64,000 bases of DNA, taken from contig CM120641.1 of NCBI GenBank assembly GCA_051362555.1, positions 6,138,001-6,202,000 of the forward strand. The letters are read 5' to 3'. This stretch comes from Lingula anatina (taxonomy: Eukaryota > Animalia > Brachiopoda). Made by a program: the position numbers and the translations under genes. The notes beneath the pieces were generated by a model. The model searched no databases and had not been told where the DNA came from. It saw only the letters and a program-made list of their open reading frames with translations. The first letter of the stretch is position 1, and every line of letters begins with the position of its first letter. Positions 54,677-64,000 of the stretch are shown here, in pieces.

Positions 54677-55515
54677 TACTGGGTTTTTTTTTAAGTAAAC
54701 CCATGAAATGTATAATTGTTGTTTTGCTCATAACTTCAGTTGTTAAGGAGAACATTGAAAAATGCACTATTGAATTGGCATGCTTTCTGATTATTTATTT
54801 CTCAAAGAATATTATTTCTGTCCATTATGGACATAAACATACACTTATATACAGCAAAAAATTTTCATTAAGCTGACCATTTCATTCTTTGAACAGTATA
54901 TTGTTTTTGATGAATTGGAATTGAAAATTGGTGCTTAATGTAATTTTGAAAATTATTTGCAATATATGCTTGTTTTAATCCCAGCATTCCATATGTTCAA
55001 AATGAAATGGTGCTATACTCACCTATTTATTTCCATTTATTGAAAAAATTATTCTAATACGCTTAACACCATATAATATAACCATATTTGCTATTAATGT
55101 TGATGGGCTACTTTATTGTACTAAATTATATCTTACATAAGACCAGTGCCTGCTATGAAAGCTAAGAATAAAAAGATAATTTACAATATGAAGGATTTAT
55201 GAAGTTTTTTTTTTTTCGTTGAAAATGCGCTTGTTTATCTTACAAACTTTCTTTTGCCGGCTGGACCCACTTCCCCTGGAGTGTGTAAAACCATGTCTTG
55301 TCCGAAAAATTGGTACATAGTTTTTGCAGCTTAGACAGTACATATCCTTTATTTCATTGAATATAAATTTCTCGAAATTGTCTTTTGACGAAAAGATCTA
55401 TTTATGGTTACTGTCACAACTAATTAAAAGTGAGAAATGATCCCTTCCACTCTCTATATACTGTATATTTGGATACACTATTTTAAAGGTGCAATACGGT
55501 AATCAAAATGTCTTT

Positions 55516-57152
55516 TTAGCACTCATAAGAGTAGTATTTATCTCTGTATTCCTCACATACTTTGCGTTTTTGAATTGCTCCCTTTTTCGCCTGTGCTGAA
55601 GAAAATTGTAAAAGAGGCAGATTTTTCTTTTGGTGCAGCACCTTGGTGGCATGGTCTGACTGAACCTATAACATCAAACATAAAAACATATGTCAGTCTT
55701 ACAACACAGAAAATATGATAAGATTATGAAATGGACAATGGTATTTGTTAAGGGCACTTGTTAAATTAAAAAAAAAACCTTCTTCAGAGCATTGATCAAC
55801 TAATTTAAGAAATCCTGTTGAAATTAAAAACAAATATGGATAGACCCTGTAGACCATGATATTAATATTCTCAAAGTAAAATAATTTACATTTCCAGCAA
55901 AACTATTCTCAAGCATCTGATGGAAATCCTTTGTCTCCACTTCAAAAATGTATCCCTCTTCTATTTGACTTGATGTTGTAGCGCCTCTTGCAAATAACCT
56001 CTGTACACTTTCCCTGAAGAAAAAAATTGGGCTTTGGTTAAAAGATGGTTCAGTCATCCTAAATAGTCCATTTTTTTCCTTTTTGATAGCTTGTACTAGT
56101 GCACCAAATAGATACTTGAATAAAAACAATGCATGTTATATGCCTTATTTGGCTTAAACAAACATTTAAGAAAAAAAAAAAAAAAAAACAGATTATGTGG
56201 GTTGAAAAGATAAAGGTTGTTTCAAAGTATTGGATGATTTGTTTAGTTAATAAACTTGACATGGTCCATAGAGCCTGACTATTTGAAAGAGCAGGAAAAC
56301 TGTCTCAAATGGACCATGGTACCGCCTGCCTTGCTACTTACAGGTGCTCCCTGGCCTCTGCACATTGGCCTGCCTGGGCCATGGCGGCAGAACGCTGCAC
56401 TGCAGCCACTCCTCGCACTGCTACATTGACATTCTGAAATGATGAATGTGTAAGTGTGAGTTTATTATAAATACTAAACACTTAAGTTCTGAAATATCTA
56501 TATGTTTGTTCAGAGTATCACTAATAATATTTTTGTAGGGTTATGGTCAAAAGAACAGCTATAGAAATAATTACAAAATCCAAAAGTCATTCTTACAGGT
56601 AATTTTGTTTTTTTGTATCTGCTTTGTTCTAAAAAGATGTTACCTTTTCCATTTCTTCTCGTTTACTGGTTACTTTATGCATCTTTCTCATGACTCTTAA
56701 ACACTTCGTGCCATCAGGTTTGGTGTACTTGATTTGGACCTAGAATATTTTTACAATGAAAATATCAGGACTCCTGGCTTGCAAAGATATGGTAATGTAA
56801 TTATTAGAACATAAGCACTTTCTCTTATAGAACAAATTTTAAAACAAAGTAGATAGGAGTATAATAAGGTGTCATATGAAAGTCATAAAACAGAGAAGTC
56901 CAAAAACAGACATGGTGAACTAAGACTTTTCAAAGAATGACTGCCAGTTGAAAAAACTGGATGTTTGTTAGCACCCTTCTGCATGGTACTTGCATGTAAT
57001 CCCTAACTCAAGTAAAGTGAGCAGTTGGACTGAGTAAATTGATAAAGATCGTTAACCCTGATGTTTCACTGGATTCAATCTATCTATACTCCCTAGGTTT
57101 AATCTTTAAATGGTTTCAGTTTATCCGTTCCTCTTTTAGGCCTACATTTTGG

Positions 57153-57186
<34 letters not shown>

Positions 57187-60100
57187 GGAATGGGAGCTGA
57201 TCCATATTGAGAGGCTTGTTGTCATCTCTGGCCTTGAAGCTGTATGTCAAGTCCATTGCCTTAGTGACATTCCCTATGTCCTGCACCCACATGTTTTCAT
57301 CCTTAAAAAATAAGATATCAATTAAATCTTTAACAGTACATAAAATGTGTTACACAAAAATATCTAGTTGATAATTTAAATGTATGCATTTTTTAAAATA
57401 CATGTCATTAAATATTTACCTTGTCCTCAAACTTCAAAGATGGATGCAAAGCAAATGCCACTTCTACATCTGTTGCAACAACAGGATTCTGGTAGATTAA
57501 TCTCAGTTGCCTTGACAACTCGTGTGGTTTTAGTATGTTGACAGTTCCTCCCGAGGCTGCAACACATTGGCTGACGTTATGCATCCCACTGCTCTCCCCC
57601 TCCGTCCCAATGATGGAAATGGTAGCACACATGTTTCTAGCTAATGACCCAATCTAAATGTTCAAAATTAAAAACTGTGACTTAAGTGTCAGTGTATATG
57701 ATTGGTTGGGAACAGTTGCTACTTCGTATCCTACCCACTTTTTAATTAACTTAGAAAGTAAAATGATTAAACTATATTCTTTAACTGAGGGTTCAACCAT
57801 GGTATAAAACACAATAAAAGAGAATATACATTCTGGTTTTTCCCTTAAGAAGCTAGACATCCTGCCGTTAAAATGATTTTTAAAGGATGGTGTTAAAATA
57901 GATTATTCAAATCCTTGATAAGCCCTTACTGTGAAAAGATAATACCAGTGAAAGAAAAAATGCCAAGATATTTTTCAAAACGCCAAGATGTAATTCTGAT
58001 TCCCAAATATCTTAAACAGAAATAAAACATATTTTACCTTGCCGTAAAATTCATCATCATAACCTTTGCAACCGACTCCAACATTGGGCTCTCCATCAGT
58101 ACAAAGGATTATCTCAGATTTCCTGTCTTTGAACACCAGCCCAGTGGCCACTGCCAGAGCTGGTCCTAGGGCAGTGGCACCAGCTACCTTGAAATCCTGG
58201 ATCATTGACTCTGCTGTACTGTAATAATCAATATAGTAATTATACTTGTGTATCATTTAACCAATTCTCACAAATATTTTTGTGAATGTCCAGCTACTGT
58301 ACAAGTGCTACTGCTTATAATAAGGATGACAGACAAAACTGTATGCAAAAAAATTGCTCTGCAGATTTATTGTTTTAAATAGTTTTATGAATGTCCAACT
58401 GCTGTGCTACTGGTTATTAAAAAGGATGAAAGAAGAAACAGTATGCAAAAAATTACTCTACAGATCATTCATTTAGAATCATTTGTGAACATAAATCAGT
58501 ATTGCCATAAATATTCATAATTTGGTTTCAATTGCTTCTCTGACAACTCTACCCTTTGTGTGAAAGAGTGAGGCTACATTTTGTATGCATAACATTAATA
58601 AATACATTTTAAAAGCCTTTGTCACACACAAACACATACACACAAATCACCAACCTAAATGACTGGGAAATAGGATCCAGGTTCATTCCATTGGCCAAAT
58701 TCATACCATATTCCACCAGCTCATCATAGCTGTTTAAATATGAACTGGGTACCAAGTACTTATTCACTTCTCCCTTATTGAATAATATCACTGTAACCTC
58801 CCCACTGAAGATGATGAAGGCAACTGGTTTCTCTGGTTGATCCATATTCAACATTTCCAGTTGTCTGGAGGGCAAAAAAGGCTCAGTTTAGGGTTCTTCT
58901 ACATTAAACCTTATACTTTGTAACATCTTTTTTCTCATAATGTGCTTTTTTTTCAACTTTTCATATCCCACATAAAAGACATAAAACAATCATGTACAGC
59001 CAATTTAATAGTTAATGAATTGGCAAACTGAGGGGGGAAAAGTTTAAAGGAGGAAAAAAGGTGTTACAGAGTGCTACAAATACATGTATGACCCTTTCAT
59101 TGTTTTTATACTCAATATGTTAGTTGTTACTGAAACAAAGTACATGAGGAGGAGAGATAATCCCCAGTTTTAATTTATACTACTTGTATTTTTAGCAACA
59201 TTTATACTTATAATAAAATGATTGTTGAATAAACACTAAGGCAGAGCAGGAAATATTTCAAAACTGATAGGGTTTGCAGAATAATATATATATCTTAAAC
59301 AAACAAAATATACTTTGTACAGAACTCATAATTCACCTTGATTCTTTAACAAAAGACTTAAATTAGACCCTGCAAAGATGCTCTTAGAGGTAGTAATTTT
59401 TTCCTACTTTCTAAAATTTGTCTTGTAAATTTCTAGTGGTTTAAATGAATTAGGCAAAACAAGCAGACTCTGAACATAACATCTCAAAGACAATTAAGAG
59501 GATTTTACAACCTACTTTTTAGTCTTTTTAAATGATTGCCATCGAGGTCAAATACTCAGAAGCTCACCTTATAGCTGCAATCTTCACACATTCCAGTCTG
59601 GAGATATAGAGGGAGTCACTTGAGCCAGGATTTTTCTGCTTTAGGTTTTTCCACTCAGCTGAAATAAATGAAAAAATAAACATAAAGGTGGAGATAGAAA
59701 AATATTAAATGTCTTTAGCTAAGGTTGGGAAATGTAAATAAAAAACACTTTTAAACATTTTATCATAATAAATATTCAATCAAAAAGTGTGGCAGGTGAT
59801 TAAGCCTTCCATATAAAATTAACGATTCACTTTATTTTTCAGGTGGTTTAGACTGTGATAAAGGTGCACTGTAACACATGTGACAAATTATTCCATTTTC
59901 ACCTTGTAATGCAGGCACAGGTGTAGTGCTTCCCATAGATCCACTGATATCAAAACAATACACCACTATTCCAGGTAAAGTAATTTTCTTCTCCAGCAAT
60001 TCCTCATTATCTGTGCTGGGTTTTGTTGGTGGAGAAAGTATGTAGTCAACAGTGTCACTGCTGGGGAGAGCCTTCTGGTTCATGTCAATGTTCTTGTTTT

Positions 60101-62879
60101 CATTGCCACAGAATTCACTGAATAAAAAATAAAGTGTGACATGCTGAATGCTTTAACTTTAAAAACATGCTATTACCTTCTGTTCTCTCTCTGTGGTGGT
60201 TGCATAAGTAATGGTGTAAAATGTGTATTGAACAAGTTACTTTGAAATATGGTTCTGTGCTTATGTAGGTAAACTTTTTAACAAAAAGAAAGAATGAAAG
60301 AGAGTAAGATTAAACAATCAAATTAAAACTATGTACCAGACACATGTCATTGTCCCATCGCCATTCTGTTCAACTGCAGATAAAGGTGACAGCACCACAG
60401 AACATGTGTTGCACATCACTGGACACCCCATCACTTGGTCTTCCTCCTCCTCAAGAGCCCCCAGGTGCAGTAACACCACATTGCAGTCAGCTCTTTGCTT
60501 GTATACATTCTTTACTGGATTCTTAGGTCTCTTCTTGATGGCACTGCCTTCAGAAAGATTATTGAGTTTTGCCTCTTTCTTAGTTGCTTTTTGACTTCCG
60601 CAGCAATTTAACCACTTGAACATCTGAAACCTCGGACCCCTGTTCAGTCTTTTTCCTTGTGATTCATCAGCAGATCCTGTAAATTTTAACAAATTCCTAA
60701 CTACATTCTAAGCTTATGCTGCATCTCAATAAGAAATGCAAACTTGACAGTATTCACAATGATGACATGGAAATGGAAACTCTTTTTTTCTTTTTTCATT
60801 GAAATATGTTTTTTTTTCTGATTTAATATACAAGAATAAAAAAATAAAATCATTACATTTCTTTGTTATCTTTAGTTACAAAGATTTGGTGAAAATGTGT
60901 TATGCATGATGTAAAGCCTTACTTGTCTCTATTTCCTCTAGTCCATCTATATTGACCATTTTTCTGTAGGAGTCCTCTATAGTCGGGTCATAACTCTCCA
61001 CAAACATGTCTGTTGTGTAACGCACTGTAAGGGAAGACTTGCCCACGCCCCCACTCCCCAGTACAACAACCTTAAAAATAATGGGGACTTTTTGTGAAAA
61101 AAGAGCCAAAATAAAGTTCATGAATAATTGCCTTGACAATATAATTTATATATAAATAAATATAACCCTCAGAAGGATTTTCAAAACATGGCATATAGAA
61201 GATCATACCAAATCTTCATTTTTTTTTAAATATGTGAATGTTTGAAGTTATATAATGAAGTTTTTTCCTTTTTCCTTAAATTAATAAATAAATGAATAAT
61301 TAAACCTCAGATGGATTTTAAAACCTGCATGGAATTATATCATTATTGACCAATGACAAGAGAATAGTAGGAAGTGCAATGATACTAACTTTATGTAATG
61401 GCTTAATGATGAGTTGCTTTATGATTTCACTGTAAATTACAGTGGTACTTAAGGGTTTAATTAAGATGTAAAGCAAGATACTTGCAGAAGATACATCTAG
61501 AAATGAAAATAATTATGTTTAACTTAATCTTATTAATTAAGCCTATGGCGTTGCCGCAAAATGTCAAAAGGTCAACGTGTTAAATTTGAAATAATTATTC
61601 TGCAACTCAGTAACCAGTATCTAATGTATCATGGACCCAAGATCTGATGTAAATTTAAAATAATTATTCTGCAACTCATCTGATGTATCATGGACCCAAT
61701 GGAATTCTTATTACCTTGTATTCTGATCTCTTCCCATATTTTCTTGCTGTTTGTAATACCAACTCCTCAAATGCATTGCTCACATTTTCACCTGTTTTGG
61801 CTGAAGTTTCACGGAACAAGATATCACGCTCTTTTGCTGCCTTCTCTCCCTCAGCTGTGCTCACTTCACGTTGGCCGATTAGATCAATCTTGTTTCCAAC
61901 TAGAATCTGTAAATTAGATTTGGATATATTTTTCTTCTAATTTATGGGACAATTTTATATTTAGATTCAATGCATCTAAAAATCAAGCTTAATTCTTCTT
62001 AAGTAAAAACATGTTAACTTTGGTACCTTTTCTTCATTACTGAAAATACAAAATTTAAATCATATTATTTAATTAAGCAGTTTATTACTTTAAATTAAAG
62101 TAGAATTCTCAATGAAAAACATATGCTTACTGCTGCTGGTTTGGACTCATCCCCCATTGAACATCTGATGCGTTGTAACCACGTATACATGGCCAAAGCT
62201 TCTTGAAAGCTATACTGATCACAGGCATCATATACGATGACAAAACACTGGCCTGATTTGACATAAAGTTCACGCATTGAAGAATATTCTTCCTGCCCTG
62301 CTGTGTCCAAAATATCCAGAAAACAAGTCTGAAATTTTACCATCCAGCTTTTAGTTGTAAATAAATATAGTTATTATTAATAAATTAGAGATTTTTAAAA
62401 ATTGAAGAAGTTACATTAATCAGGCATGAGTGGCAATCTTCATTTTATTAACTTAAACTAACATATAATTGAAATAACCTTCGGAAAAAGCAACTTATGA
62501 ACTATGATGTTATGCCAATGGTTTAAAAAGAGATCGAGTCATAAAGGATATTGAAGTTAAAACATGTAAAATGTGTGTAAATTTTGTTAAGTCACATCTT
62601 TTTAGATTGACTAAATGAAGTTGCCTTTTCCAGGCAAATTTGACTTTCAATCCCATTGTTTCTCAGATTTGATTCAATTTTTAAAATACCTTGACAAACA
62701 TATGTTCTTTGCATGTTGGAAAAATTACCTACCTTACCAACACCTTTCCCATTTGAAAAATTATTCCTATTTAAGGCTGTATCCACTGAGAATTCTGATT
62801 TTTCCATCACAGTCACCTCTTCTAACTGTTCAGACTCACCAGAAGGTGATACGTACACAAATTCACTGCCGAACTCCAT
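55516..62879 (-). CDS. cpras1: Circularly permuted Ras protein 1-like (permuted Ras GTPase + Sec23/24-like Zn finger + VWA domain)
   Basis: Start [10 protein letters not shown]. Exons 62733-62879, 62131-62328 ([13 protein letters not shown]3), 61715-61906 (NKID G4, ETSAK G5), 60923-61070 (GSGGVGKS G1, [10 protein letters not shown]2). Then [47 protein letters not shown]. Ends ..[18 protein letters not shown] at 55516. Confidence 0.9.
57154..57184. repeat. (CA)n / (GT)n microsatellite forming the start of a cpRas intron
   Basis: Minus strand reads TTCCAG|gtgtgtgt... Confidence 0.9.
58281..58470. repeat. Diverged tandem duplication (~107-bp period) in a cpRas intron
   Basis: TGAATGTCCA..GTGCTACTG..AAGGATGA..GTATGCAAAAAA.TT.CTCT.CAGAT occurs twice. 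Confidence 0.7.
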
Positions 62880-62986
62880 ATTTCTTTATACCTGCGAAAA
62901 ATAAATAACATACATATTCACTTACGAAAGTTATGGAAGATAAATAATTTTCATTTTATGAATAAAAAAGATTTAGCACATAGGTC

Positions 62987-63112
62987 GGGGCCGTAGCAAT
63001 AGTCCAAAGGTTCAATGGTCATAGGGTTTAATGAACCCTTCATTAAAAAAACAAAAATGTTACCATTTTTTCGGAGCAATGAACCTTCGGAGCAATGAAC
63101 CTTCGGGCCATC
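62987..63112. mobile_element. Second copy of the AATGAACCTTCGG-subrepeat element
   Basis: Reverse complement of 19632-19774. Confidence 0.65.
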
Positions 63113-64000
63113 TAGACACCTCCACTGCAACTGTTCTACATGTATAGTATAATTAGGTTTGGGCAAATAACTATAAATATTCTGAAAAAAAAGATATCTA
63201 TATGCCCAAGTTTGACAGCGAGCACAATTATTTTGAATTTTATACTCTGCAATTAGATTTGGGGTTAAAGCCTCAGTAAGACCTCCTTTGTTTGCTCTTA
63301 AAAACCATTTTGAATGGGTTTTCCAAATCCTAATTGTTTATGTCAAAGATTATAAAACCTAATTCTAATAACTATACTGGTACATTTGTACCGTAACTAT
63401 TAGTGCACAGAACAAATAATGAGCTAGTAGCAAATGAAATCAAATCAAATCTATTCAAATTGCCTGTATTGCGTACATTGAGCACAGAGGCTGCTGAGAA
63501 GCAATGGTGAATTTAAAGTCCAGAAGAATATGCACTGTAATGAAAAGTTTTAATAATTTTAGGATGCTAGCAGATATCTTAAGATTCAACTGAAACAAAG
63601 CAAAATTTTGTGTAGTGATTTGGACCTTTTTGGAAAAATTTGCAGTAAATGAAGACATCTTAGAGTAAATCTTTGTGCTGAATGCTGGAGGGATATTTTT
63701 GACTGTTTTAGTGGGTTACTTAACAGAATTCTGACAGTGATGGTCTTAGCCTCAGCAATGCTAACACATAACGCTTTTAATTACCATGTGTCATGACCAA
63801 TACAATATGTAGATAAGAACTACACCTCGCTGGTATAATGTGAGGATATGTAACTCATTAGCTCACATTAGTGACATTACACACATCAGATAAATTGGTT
63901 GACACGCAAGTAGCTTAATTGGTTGACCGGCAAGTCGGTGGCAAGTCGGTTAGACTCTGGATGTGCAGATTCCACTCACTGTTTTTCATTTTTCATTAAT

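Noticed and set aside
55600-55640. Possible frameshift in the last cpRas exon
   Set aside because: Recounting the homopolymer gives CAA AAG AAA AAT CTG, so the frame is continuous to the stop at 55516.
60900-62343. Two separate truncated Ras genes or a misassembly
   Set aside because: The exons splice in phase into one ORF with the known cpRas N-terminus and Zn finger/VWA C-terminus.
63905-63980. tRNA-like TAGCTTAATTGGTT segment
   Set aside because: Too degenerate and has an internal duplication (GGCAAGTCGGT twice). At most a SINE relic.

Overview
AT-rich, intron-rich animal genomic DNA, probably an invertebrate such as a mollusc or other lophotrochozoan (inferred from gene content and repeats). 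Seven protein-coding genes can be reconstructed by eye: LIN54 (-), GPANK1 (-), TEX47-like (+), a selectin/furrowed-like C-type lectin + 7 sushi (CCP) transmembrane protein (+), SIVA1 (-), codanin-1/CDAN1 (+) and a circularly permuted Ras (cpRas) with Sec23-like Zn finger and VWA domain (-). There is also a decayed Tc1/mariner transposase, several MITEs, a tRNA-derived relic and microsatellites. The most unusual items are: (1) a lectin-sushi receptor whose predicted cytoplasmic tail has an NLS-like basic patch and three Gag-like CCHC zinc knuckles; (2) an apparent CUG start for LIN54; (3) an AT-AC U12 intron and a BLUF-like motif pattern in the TEX47-like gene; (4) the G3-G4-G5-G1-G2 permuted Ras; (5) a 345-bp SIVA1/CDAN1 head-to-head promoter with an E2F site. 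All gene models were spliced manually and have no database or RNA confirmation.
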